64,000 nt of DNA from Eledone cirrhosa. Lineage: Eukaryota. The stretch is taken from contig OZ024740.1 in NCBI GenBank assembly GCA_964016885.1, forward strand, positions 78,988,001-79,052,000, in the 5' to 3' direction. The position numbers were made by a program, and so were the translations under genes. Numbering within the stretch: the stretch's first letter is position 1; every line of letters begins with the position of its first letter. The notes under the pieces were generated by a model that was given only the letters and a program-made list of their open reading frames with translations, searched no databases and was not told the origin of the DNA. This document shows, piece by piece, positions 12,347-23,939 of this stretch.

Positions 12347-12854
12347 GTGATTGAATAGAGGCAACATTATGTTGAGAGGACTTTTCAGTCCTGCGAGAGT
12401 ATAATAACCTCTGTAGTACTGGCTCCACAACAAAATGCACCCAGTGCACTCTTTAAAGTGGTTAACATTAGGAAGAGCACCCACCTATAGAAACCATGTA
12501 AATAAATTGATAAAAATATGTGGGACATGGTTTTCTGACCATTCTAGGAGGGTATTTACTCTGAATAAGAAATGACTTTGATAGTGACAGCCCATCCAAC
12601 CAATACCAACATGACTTATTGGCATATAAATTTTTTTTTTCTCAATTCAATAACTTTACAGTTATTATTTTTATTAAAGAAAAGCAATGAAGAATGACAT
12701 GATGCTGAATGAAAACAAAAGCAATATATATTGGCATTACACATTGAAGACTAATACATTTTTGTATTACTCTTCAATGTGTAACTCCAATAGTGTTGGC
12801 GGTGGTGCCAGCAATACTGTTGATGTCTCACCGCTACCATGACTACCAACATTA

Positions 12855-13028
12855 TCAGTAGGGAGTTGGACGCCATGCTTTGACGCAAAGAGTTATGTCC
12901 CTTTACGATCTGAGTTCAAATCCTGCCGAGGTTAACTTTGCCTTTCATCCTTACGGGGTCGATAAAATAAAGTACCAGTAATGTACTGGGTAATTGCTGG
13001 CCTTGTGCCAAAAGTAGAAACAATTATT
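12855..13028 (+). mobile_element. tRNA-derived SINE family A
   Basis: B-box-like gagttcaaatcc, core 'cctttcatccttacggggtcgataaaataaagtaccagt', tail 'gtagaaacaattatt'. Confidence 0.85.
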
Positions 13029-13987
13029 TTTCCAATTCAAGAAAGCATTTAAATATAAGTTTAAAAGCAGAGGCAACAGAGAAGAATTCTAGCTAGAGCC
13101 TATCAACAAAATCTCTACACGGTTTAAATACACAGAAAGTCTCTGATATTCGAATGGCTAAATGTCAGCTGAAGGGCACCCAGGAGTCGTGACCTGAATG
13201 CGGCCTGACTATCTTAGAGTGTATGGAATTAAGAGCTGAAGCACTCGCTTAGGGGAGTTCTTCTCTGAAGACCTAATGCTGTCCAGCTCTCCTGAGAGTT
13301 TCTTACCACTATATATTTTCAGCCTCATTCTGATGTCCCTCTACAACATATCCATAAATCAAAAGGGCCTCAAGTATATTTGTAATAAATCAACAGTATT
13401 CCAGCTTTTAGTTTGGCTTTTAACAGGTAAATATTATATTGTTTTGCTATTTATCATGAAACTCCACCCTACTAACACAGGCATGCCTGTGTACTTTTGA
13501 AGCAACTCCCTTATGATTTTATATTTTGTATCTGTTGGCATGACTGGATTGATGCTACTAGGGGTCTTGGGCTGGAAAACATTTAGGGACACCAAAACAG
13601 ACTTACGAGAAACTTAATAAAAATAAAATGTATATAAATATAGGTTTATACATAGAATGATGCTGAGATTCCAACATCAATCCATGCTGACCTTTAAAAT
13701 AAAGGTAGCACCCAAAGAAAGAAAAATGTATTTAATAACAATTATAATATCCTAAATTTTGACAAAAATGTTGTTTTACAGCTATATGTCAATATCTGTA
13801 TGCCTGACTCTCTATCTATAGTTAACTATTTATGAATGTATCTTTGGACAAGAATAAAATTGTAGGAATCTCAACTATGGAGATAGCTGTTTCTACATTC
13901 GAGATTCCTACAATTTAACAAAATATTTACACACATAATGCTCCAAATCATTTCATATCATGTTTATATATACTATCCTTTGATATA

Positions 13988-14253
13988 CAGTGGAACCTCG
14001 GTCCATGAATAATTTTTATGATCATAAAACTTCTTGGATGTCTTGAGTAACAAACACACAAGCTGGCAACAACGTTTGGTGACAAGCTGGGAGTATTGGC
14101 AGGAAAGTGTCACTTACTGAGTAGTTAGTTACTATAGTGAAGTCTACCTGTCTTTTACACACAGTCTTTCTCTCACTGTATTTCTTTCTTAACATTTTGT
14201 ATGGGGAAAAAATAGTTTTTGGTTTAGAAACATTTTGAACTGAGGCTCTACTG
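13988..14253. mobile_element. Tc1/mariner-superfamily (Tigger-like) MITE
   Basis: TA|CAGTGGAACCTCGG ... CTGAGGCTCTACTG|TA: imperfect TIRs with TA duplication. Confidence 0.75.
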
Positions 14254-14428
14254 TATTTACAATTTTCTTTTATATGTTTATATTATCTGTTCCTATTTTT
14301 CTCGGTTTGACAAAGTTTGTACTTATTTTAAAGTGATAAATAACAATTTGGGAGAATATATGATTCAATATATTAAAAATTTAGAATGTTTTTCATCCAA
14401 TGTCTTTGTTATTGTTCTCTTTTAACAG

Positions 14429-14526
14429 AAGAACAGTCCATTGAATGTTGTATCAATGTGCTTCGTTTATTACAATCTTTGGTTTGTGAGGCTAGTGTTC
14501 CAGTAATTCATCAACTAAAGGAAGTG
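14429..14526 (+). CDS. Candidate internal coding exon of an unidentified, probably alpha-helical protein
   Basis: Pyrimidine tract plus ttaacAG acceptor, GTAAGT donor, open frame xEQSIECCINVLRLLQSLVCEASVPVIHQLKEV; phase 1 in, phase 0 out. Confidence 0.5.
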
Positions 14527-17500
14527 GTAAGTCTTATGTTGGAACTTGTAAATAAACCTTCTCTTACATCATATTTGAACTGTGAGAACCATTAGAGAAC
14601 TTTCAATTTTTTTAAAGTTTAATTTTATTTCCACTGTTTGGTAACGGAGGAAAAGGCCAGTGTCTTATGGACCCTTTTCGAGTCCTCTGAGACATGCAGG
14701 ACAGAGAGAGGTCATAATCATCAAATCAGTGACCTGAATGCTTGGGACAGAATGGGCTCCACTAATGGGAACATGAGAAATGGATTAAGTCTATCATCCA
14801 AATAAGCTACAGGAGAATTTGTTTGAACTCAGAACTAAAACATAAATATACTGAACCTTATTCTGGGCCTAAAATTTACAGCATTAGACACAAAATTAAA
14901 TGAAACAAACATATAGGGGATACACTAGTTTGCACCAATTTTCTCTTCAATCCTGCCCATTCACTCTCTCCAGTCGAATACACTATCCTCACCAGCAAAA
15001 TATCCCACACACCTCATCAATGTTGAATTTGCTTACTTGCCCCCCTCTCTAAACCCTTGCCCCTGATACACCTTGCCTGCCCAACCCATGCATACAAGCA
15101 TGAAAGCTGGACACACTCTACATCTGATCTTTCACAATGCCATTGCCACAACAAAAAGCACTAAGTCCACCCTGCATGCTTATTCATGCTGGTAACAGGA
15201 CAAAAAGCACCCAGTCCATGCTGTAACATGGTCGTGCTTGTGCCATGATAAAAAGCATCCAGCCGACACTGTAATTTTTCTTCTTGAGTCATCCCTCTTT
15301 CAAAGGTGAAGCATTCATTTGTTTTTTCTAATGGCTAGAATATATGTGACTCGCCACACCTGCATACTTGTAGATTTCTCTGCTAACTGGAGCAGTTGTA
15401 CCAACCCATTGTTGAATTAATTGTCAATCATCTGTGAAGCCACTGGTGTTCAAGATGCTGAGGTCATCTAATTAAACTGATGATTGTCATATGAGCTACT
15501 GCTTACTATGAGACATGTAGGATTTTTATTGATCCAACCTGTTCTGCTAGACTATACTACGATAGCCATATCAGAGGCACCTCATGTAGGATGTGGCTTC
15601 TCACCTCCCAGGTAGGTCTTCAAACAGAGAGGCTAGATGCTCAGCTTGAATGAGCATATATTGCACGTCATCAGTTCATGGTTGGCTTTAGGAAGGGAAT
15701 TCAGCTGTCTCATAATACAACTTGTCTAACCCATGTAAGCATGGAAAAATAGATGTTAAATGATAATATTTGTGTGTATGTGAGTATGTATATATACATA
15801 TGAACTTTCTAGCTTAAGTGTTTTTTGAAGAAATATGTAAAGAAATAGCTTTATGATTAAATATTAATTTGAACTGGTTATAATCATTAAATATAAATCT
15901 TTTATTGAGAAGAAAACAACCATAAGGTGGAGTTAAAGTAAGTAAAAGGAAGTTTTAATTAACTTGATAGTCATAGTTAAATGATGAAGGTGCCAAGAAT
16001 GTTATCTTTTAGGGGTAATGAGACACAGGCAGTAAAAGTAGAGCACCTGCTACATCTGGAACAAACAAAGCAAAGTAAAAGAATATCATATGAAATGTGC
16101 AGTGTGAGTTTGATAGCTTAAATGAGTTTTGTCAGGGCAAAAAGATAGAAAATTAGTGGTATCAAATATTATCAGTAATGGAGAAGATAACTGTAAACTG
16201 AGAGTTTATAAAATGCTACTAGCTGTAGAGAAGAGATATGAAATAGAAGAGTAAAAAGTTTATAGAGCAACTTAAGATGTGTATATAAGACTGTGATGTA
16301 TAATCTAGTATTTGTTAATTTTGTCAATAAGGATTATGTGAATAGGATTGATAACCATGTATATAAAGTTAAGGGAAACTAGATCCAATAATTAAATCTA
16401 TAATCAGTATATGTAATCACTATAGAATCATTATTAGATCAACCATGTTGATATTGTGATGTTGCATTTTTCTCAGTAAACTGTGTGTAGGAGTATGTAG
16501 AAAACTTCAATTTCAATAATTATAAACTAGGGTTACTAGATTGGACTAAATGGTTTGGATTACTTTTCAGGACTGCATGGTATGTTATTGTTTCTTGTAA
16601 TTAGGGCTACTTTCTATTTTAAAACAAATTTATAATGCTATTGAATGTTATATTAAACTGTCATCTAAGTAAATTAGAACCAACCTTACAAGCAAACCTT
16701 ATATATATATGTGTGTGTGTGTATATAAACACATGCACACACACGCATAGACACAAGAGGCAATTTATCCCACCAAAGCATGGGTTAGCCTTGTGGGCCC
16801 CACGAAAGGCTGTATTCTTATCATGGAATCTTTTTTGAAGCAATGTTTAGGGCCAGATCCCCTTCCTAGCACCAAACCCTTTGAATCATTTCAGGGACAT
16901 AGTGTACCTAATCTAAATCATATACATACACCACAAAATGTTGTTAATTAATTAATATATATAGAAAGAGAGAGAGAGAAAATGGTGATAATGGTAGCTG
17001 TGTGTGTGTGTAATTTAATTTATTAATAAAAAATTTCATTTTAGGTTGCTTTCTACTACTTTTTGAAAATTTCATGCTATTTTTATATAATTGAGCTGGC
17101 AACTCTATTATAAAGTGTCTCCATGCAATGTATCCCTTCAATCTATGTTGGCAGTTGCAGTTTATTCATTTTGTAGACTTAAAAAGCATCGCTTTCATTC
17201 AGCAAATACCATCTGTCAATATCCCCTAATCTTATCTTGCTTGCAAGCAGTCCTCCTGTTCACCTTTCTTATTTACCTACTTTGCTATATTAGTAAGATC
17301 TGAGAAAATGCTGACACTGTTGGAACTACTAACTAACCCGCACTTTAGATAAATCTTTTCAGTAAATATTACTGCTTCATAATTTACTTCTTGTAACTGT
17401 TCTTCTTCTTGGTGAAGCTGAGTAATCATTTCGAATTAACATAACAAACTAACTACTTTTCACACTAACAAATTTAATAGTGATACATACACTAACATTT

Positions 17501-18035
17501 TCTATAGCTGGGTGGTTCAGAAGTTTGCATCGCAATCACATGGTTTCTGGCTCTATTCTTCAACTATAACCTTAGGTTAACCATTGTCTTGTGAATGAAA
17601 TTTGGTGGATGGAAACTGTGTGGAAGCCTGTTCTTTACATGTGCATTTGTCTCCATGTATGTCTTCACGTTGACACAGCTTAAACAACTTTTTCTTCATC
17701 TTCTTCTTCGTCGTCTTTGTCTTTTTCTTTTTTTTCGTCTTCTTTTCTCTCTCTCCCTCAGAAACAAGCTATAGTCAAACATGGAGAGATGAGTAGGGCA
17801 TCACTAAAGATGTGCCATATGATATCTCCCCTATGACTCCATTAGGTAAAACCAAGGAAGACATGGACAGTGGTAGTAAAGAGATGATGTACTGGATAGG
17901 ACTTGTCTAACCCATGAAAGTATGGAAAAATGAACATATTGTTAATAATAGATATAGAGATCTTTCAAAAAGAACTAAAAAAATCAGTAAGAATGTACTA
18001 GCAAAAATATTTCCATTTTTATCATAAAACACTAT

Positions 18036-18385
18036 CATCATCATCATCGTCGTTTTAACGTCCATTTTTCCGTGCTTGCATGGGTTGGACAGGTCCTTTT
18101 CAGCACAACATCTCTCCACTCATCATGTTCTTTTGTCATCTCTTCCATGAGACTCAACAATTTGAGATCATCTCTCTCCATTTCTGTGCAGGTCTTCCTT
18201 CATTTACTTATACTGCCCTAGCACTTCTTCGCATGCCTATACCAATGCAGTCTTCTCTTTTGCACAGCACTTTTGATTCCTCTTAAAATCCAGTTTCTCT
18301 CTCAGTTCATCCAAGCTCTGCTATTCTCATACATTTACATTACACAACCAATGAAGCATGGTTACTTCATTTCTCTCCAGCCTAT
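18036..18385 (-). mobile_element. Older RTE 3' fragment
   Basis: (CAT)n, then 'aacgtccatttttccgtgcttgcatgggttggac' and decayed C-terminal coding sequence. Confidence 0.75.
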
Positions 18386-18419
18386 ACATATGTAAACCTA
18401 ATCTATATGGCTCTTACAC

Positions 18420-20359
18420 TATAGAGGGGCCAGCAGTAAGTAAGGCAATCAAAGATATGAAGATGGGGAAGGCAACCGGTCCATCTGGTATAGCTGCCGA
18501 GATGCTGAAGGCATCTGGGTCTGTAGGTCACACTATAACCACACGTATTGTTAACCAAAAGATTGGTGCAGTAGCATCATTGTCAACTGCTACAAAGGTA
18601 AAGGCGATGCACTAGATAGAGGAAACTATAGAGGTATAAATTTGATGGACCAGGTCATGAAAGTAACAGAAAGAGTTATAGCACAGTTGATTAGGGACCG
18701 GGTTAAAATAGACGAGATGCAATTTGGGTTTGTACCAGGAAGAGGCACCACTGATGCCCTCTTCCTTGTGAGGCAGTTACAGGAAAAGTACCTAGCTAAA
18801 AGTAAGCCACTCTACTTGGCATTTGTCGACCTTGAGAAAGCCTTTGACAGAGTTCCACGTACTGTAATCTGGTGGGCTCTTAGAAAACTAGGAGTAGATG
18901 AATGGCTTGTGAAAGCGGTACAAGCCATGTATAGGGGAGCAGTCAGCAAAGTTAGGATTAGCAATGAGTATAGCGAGGAATTTAGCGTACAGGTTGGGGT
19001 CCACCAGGGCTCTGTTCTTAGCCCCCTCCTGTTCATCATAGTCCTGCAGGCAATAACGGAGGAGTTTAAGACCGGATGCCCATGGGAACTCCTGTATGCT
19101 GATGACCTCGCACTCATAGCTGAATCTATGGTAGAACTAGAGAATAAATTCCAAACTTGGAAGCAGGGACTAGAAAGAAAGGGTCTCAAAGTCAACATGA
19201 CAAAGACTAAGGTCCTTGTAAGTAGACGAGAAAACAGAACCCAGATCCCCTCAGGGAAATGGCCTTGCTCAGTATGTAGGAAAGGTGTAGGTAGGAACTC
19301 CATTCTCTGCCCCAAATGCAAACAATGGGTACACAAGAGATGTAGCGGGATCTCAGGAAGCTTAATTAAGAATGTAGGCTTCACATGCAGCAGCTGTACT
19401 GGGACAGCAAGCAGCAAACAGCCACAGGAAAGAAGTACCACCAATCTCTGGGAGGGCTCTGTAGAAACAGTAGACAGCTTCTGCTACCTAGGTGACCGAA
19501 TTAGCAGCGGAGGTGGGTGGTCATAAAGTACAATAACTAGGGTAAGAACGGGATGGAAGAAGTTTAGAGAACTACTACCACTGCTAGCTGCAAAAGGCTT
19601 CTCCCTCAGAATGAAAGGCAGACTGTATGATGCGTGTATCCGAACAGCAATGTTGCATGGTAGTGAGACCTGGGCGCTGAAGGTGGAAGACTTACGTAGA
19701 TTAGAAAGAAATGAAGCCTGCATGCTCCGATGGATGTGTAACAGTAATATACGTGAACGACAAAGCATAAATGAATTGAGAGAGAGACTGAGCATAAGAG
19801 GAATCAAATGCTGTGTGCAGGAGAGGCGGTTGCGCTGGTATGGACATGTGATGCGTATGAAGGATGACAGCTGCATAAAAAGGTGCAGAGCACTAGAAGT
19901 TGATGGAAACCACGGAGTGGGGAGACCCAAGATGACCTGGGATGAGGTGATAAAAGCCGACCTTACCCAATTACACCTCTCAAAGGCGATGACACACGAC
20001 CGTGACCACTGGCGTCACGCAGTAATACAGAGTACCCGACCTCCCATGGGTACAAGCTGAAGCATATAGACAATAGGCCCCCACACCCCCCACCGCAAGG
20101 TGGTCGTGGAGGTGCCAACGGCAAAAAAGCACCCAGCCCACACTGTAAAGTGGACGTGTAGGCGCCACGAAAAAGCACCCAACACTCACTGTAAATGAGG
20201 TTTGTGTTAGGAAGGGCATCCAGCTGTAGAAATCAAGCCAAATCAGTTCCTGTATGAGCAAGGCATGGTCAGCCGACCAGACACTGCCCACAACAGGACA
20301 ACCCGTCTAACCCATGCTAGCGTGGAAGAACGGACGTAAAACGGTGATGATGATGATGA
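18420..20359 (+). mobile_element. 5'-truncated, relatively young RTE LINE with 3' UTR and (GAT)n tail
   Basis: ORFs 18642-19526 (RT motifs, YADD, C4HC3 finger) and 19611-20060 are in one frame, split by TAA at 19524; tail gatgatgatgatga at ~20345-20359. Confidence 0.97.
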
Positions 20360-20654
20360 CTCCTTTATTCAGTATCACAATATGTTAGTGATATTACAAA
20401 TGAATACTATCTTGTACTATATGTAAATGAGCTTTCACCAAGAATAACTTATTTACAAAATGTATGACAAGATTGTCTTTCATAGTTGAGTATCTGAGTG
20501 TAACTGATGAACTGTAATGACAATGAAATGCATGTTTTTACTTCTCTCATCTTGATGCTGTGGTAGTTGTGATATGATTACAACTTAAAATACTCACTGA
20601 GAAACTAAATGTATATGAGTTTATATGCACATTTATTACAAAATTTAACTATAG

Positions 20655-22063
20655 CCAACTATCTTCCAGTCAGTCTTACTAGCTGCATCACCAAACTGAT
20701 GGAATCCTGTGTCACTTCTGGAACTCTCACAGCCTTATCTGGCCCTCGCAATTCAGATTTATCCCTAACTCCAGTTGCAGTGATCGACTCATTGAGTTTC
20801 TTGACATTACCTGGATCACTGATAGCGGCTGATGGATGGATGTTATTTATCTTGACTTTACAAAAGCTTTTAATTCTGTGCCACACAAAAGACTTATGGC
20901 AAAAGTCTCTGCAATGGGTGTGAGAGATTATCTTCATAACTGGTTGAAGTCCTTCATTCTTAGTCGAAAAGAGGTAGTCACGGTTCTAGGACAGCACTCT
21001 TCACCCTATGAGATGTCATCTGGTGTACTGCAGGGATCTGTTCTTGGTCCCCTTTTGTGTGTTGCATATATTAATGACATAGAGGCCAACTTAAAGAATG
21101 CCACAGTACTGAAATACACAGATGACATCAAACTGTACCTTGAGATAAAAAGGACAGATCCTGAACACTATAGATCATTCCTGCAATCAGATCTGGACAT
21201 AATGCAGCAATGGATCATGGACTGGCAACTCAAGTTGACTGTGGACAAGTGTATCACCATGCATTTTGGGAGGGAAAAGCTAGTGTTCACATACTCCCTC
21301 CTCAACTCTAATCTCAAGAAGTTTTCTTGTGAACGTGACCTGGGCATTACTGTCAGCAGTGATTTGCGTTGGACAAAGCACATCTCTAAAATTGTCAAGA
21401 CGGCTAAGGGTGTCTTGACATCACTCAGCAAGACCTTTGTCAGCTGCTCTCTAGCTATCTATTTAAAGCTGTATATAGCTATGTTCAGAATATTCACTGT
21501 ATATAGCTATTGTTCAGAATATTCACCTCTTGGAAACTGTTTAAAGATGTGCAACCAAGTAAATACCCTCAATAAGGCATCTACCATACTCTGAACGCCT
21601 TGCATCCCTGGACATGGATACTTTAAAGCTCTGACATCTGGCAACTGACTAGGTAAACACCCACAAAATTATTGACCATAACAACCCTGAGCACCTTTTT
21701 GAATTCCATGTGTCTAACACCCATGAGCATGCCTACAAAGTCAGAAATCAACTTAGCTCCCAGAACTTTCAGAAACATTTTCTCACGCTCAGAGTTTCTG
21801 AAGCATGGAACAAACTACCTGCATCGGTTGTTAGCTGTCAGGACACTGCATCCTTCAAAGCTTCCATGCTTCCCAAAATTCGCCAACACTACAACTGATA
21901 TTCCCCCTCCATACATACGCAGGCAGGCATATATCTATGTGTATATCATGACTCATACACTGTTGACTTTCAGGACATTTTTACATTATTCTATGTACTA
22001 TACATGCACCTTTGATGAGTGCACCTGAACACTGTACATAATAATTTTCATTATTATTATTAT
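20655..22063 (+). mobile_element. 5'-truncated CR1-clade LINE
   Basis: DVIYLDFTKAFNSVPHKRL, SGVLQGSVLGPLL, KYTDDIKL, ERDLGI, WNKLP; (ATT)n tail. Confidence 0.92.
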
Positions 22064-22067
22064 TTAT

Positions 22068-22260
22068 GGCGGTGGATTGGCAGTATTGGTAGAGGGTCGG
22101 ACGCCATGCTTTGACGCACTAAGTTACGGCCCTTGCCATTCTGATTTCAAATCCTGCCGATGTTAACTTTGCCTTTCATCCTTACGGGGTCGATAAAATA
22201 AAGTACCAGTAATACACTGGGTAATTGCTGGCCTTGTGCCAAAAGTAGAAACAATTATTA
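22068..22260 (+). mobile_element. SINE family A, full length
   Basis: ggcggtggattggcagtattggtagagg head through acaattatta tail; directly follows the CR1 (ATT)n tail. Confidence 0.9.
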
Positions 22261-23399
22261 TTTAGAACAAACAAAATTTCCATGATGTAAGGGAGCCTTT
22301 GTGTCGTTGCTTGATTTGCTCGAAATAGCTGTTAAATCTCTCCCAATCCAGAACATACTGTCTTAAAAAAGGACAATTTGGGTATTGTAGTTCTAGATAC
22401 ACTATGCCTGAAGTAAAAAGCCAGAATGGTTAGTTAGATGGCCTTTGATCAGAACTGACTTCTGGATTAAACAGCAACAACATTTGCAAAGTTAATTTTC
22501 TATAGTAATACTGTTCTATAGTTTAACCAGATAATGTGTGCTTAACTGCTAGTTAGTTTAGTGCTGAGTACTTTATCATGAAGTTGTCGCTTTCAATGTT
22601 GAGTGTTCCACTTGTTTGAACAATGGAACAACCCGAGTATTCCACAGAGATATACATTTTTAATGTAATCCTCAGGGACACAGTATGTGATTAAGCTGGG
22701 CTCATTGAATTACAGGTACAACTCATGTTTTTTTTTTAGCCAAGTTGACCAGAGCAACATGAAATAAAGTGTCTTGCTCAAGGATACAATGCACTGTCAG
22801 GAATTTAGTGATCGCTGTCAAACCTTACGATAGTGTGCCAAATACCCTACCACTAAGCTGCACACTTTCACATATCATGAAATACTTTTGGGTCTTGAAT
22901 AATCGTCCCCCAGCTTATTAATTTTTCAGATTTTTTCAACCACAACCTCTGCTTCTTAAATTTTGCTAATCTATTGCCAGCAAAATTTTATTTTAAGTGG
23001 TAGCATACTTGCGACAATTAATTTCTTTTATACATTAAAAAACATTATACACGACAAAAAAGTACATTACTAGAAATCCCATACGTTATAAAATAAATAG
23101 GATGGGTTGGGGTCGCAATATGTAATCTAAACAACTAATACTGTTTTTTTTTTAAAATCAACAGAGACAACCTAGAAAAATTATCAATTTTCTGTATCAT
23201 TGTTCCAACTTTATTCTATATAGCTACACACTGCTCTGTAGAGCTACATACAATCTGATGCTCTTCTCTCTCACTTCTATTGTCTTTCAACCACCAAACA
23301 CCACACTATACACTTCATTTAATTTTGTATCACCAGAACATCAGTCCTTTGAAACCCTTACCCTTATATTCTTAAGATGTTGAAGTTCAATGCCAACTA

Positions 23400-23760
23400 C
23401 ATCAGTTATGTCTGCCACTTCGAACTAAATTTATTTAACATCTGTTAAAAAGATATACAATATCTGTAAGTTTCAACTGTGTCATCTGAGCATTTTCATG
23501 GTCCCTCCTACTATTTCTTTCCAATTTTTTCTTTGATCTACAACTACTTCTAGACACTTTATCAGTCACCATGTCATCCATAAATACTATCAAAGTCTTT
23601 GATAGCTAACTTCTTTATCATCTCATTTGCTTTTGAAAGTTAACATTACTCTCTAAATGGATCAGAGATTGCTTTTTCATCTTTAAGATTCTTATCTTTT
23701 CTGCATTTAATGCCATACAGCATCATTCTTTTTGCACGCATCAAATATTGTCTGCTTTTT
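23400..23760 (-). pseudogene. Possible decayed pogo/Tigger transposase (CENP-B HTH region)
   Basis: LSKANEMIKKLAIKDFDSIYG* (23639-23574) resembles the 'KA..a..lgi.dF.aS.GW' motif; many stops. Confidence 0.3.
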
Positions 23761-23939
23761 ATATGAAGAAACAAACTTTTTCTTCCACTTCTATGGATCC
23801 AGATAGACTGGATACCTGACAGTGGTATAGTTATAGTTTATGTTCCTCAAAGTAGTCTTTGAGTTTGTCCCCAGCCCATGTAAAAAAACAAAAAAACTAT
23901 ACAATAGACTAAAAGTGCCACATATCCCAAATAAACCAC

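Noticed and set aside
16787-16812. Hairpin agccttgtgggccccacgaaaggct as a hammerhead
   Set aside because: Has a stem and GAAA but no CUGANGA box and no stem III
17170-17460. Minus-strand coding-like stretch (MITQLHQEEEQLQEV...)
   Set aside because: Multiple stops and no motif I can assign; possibly a transposase relic
18036-18450. Twin-priming 5' inversion of the 18420 RTE
   Set aside because: The inverted piece is a more diverged 3' end with its own tail, so it is an independent insertion
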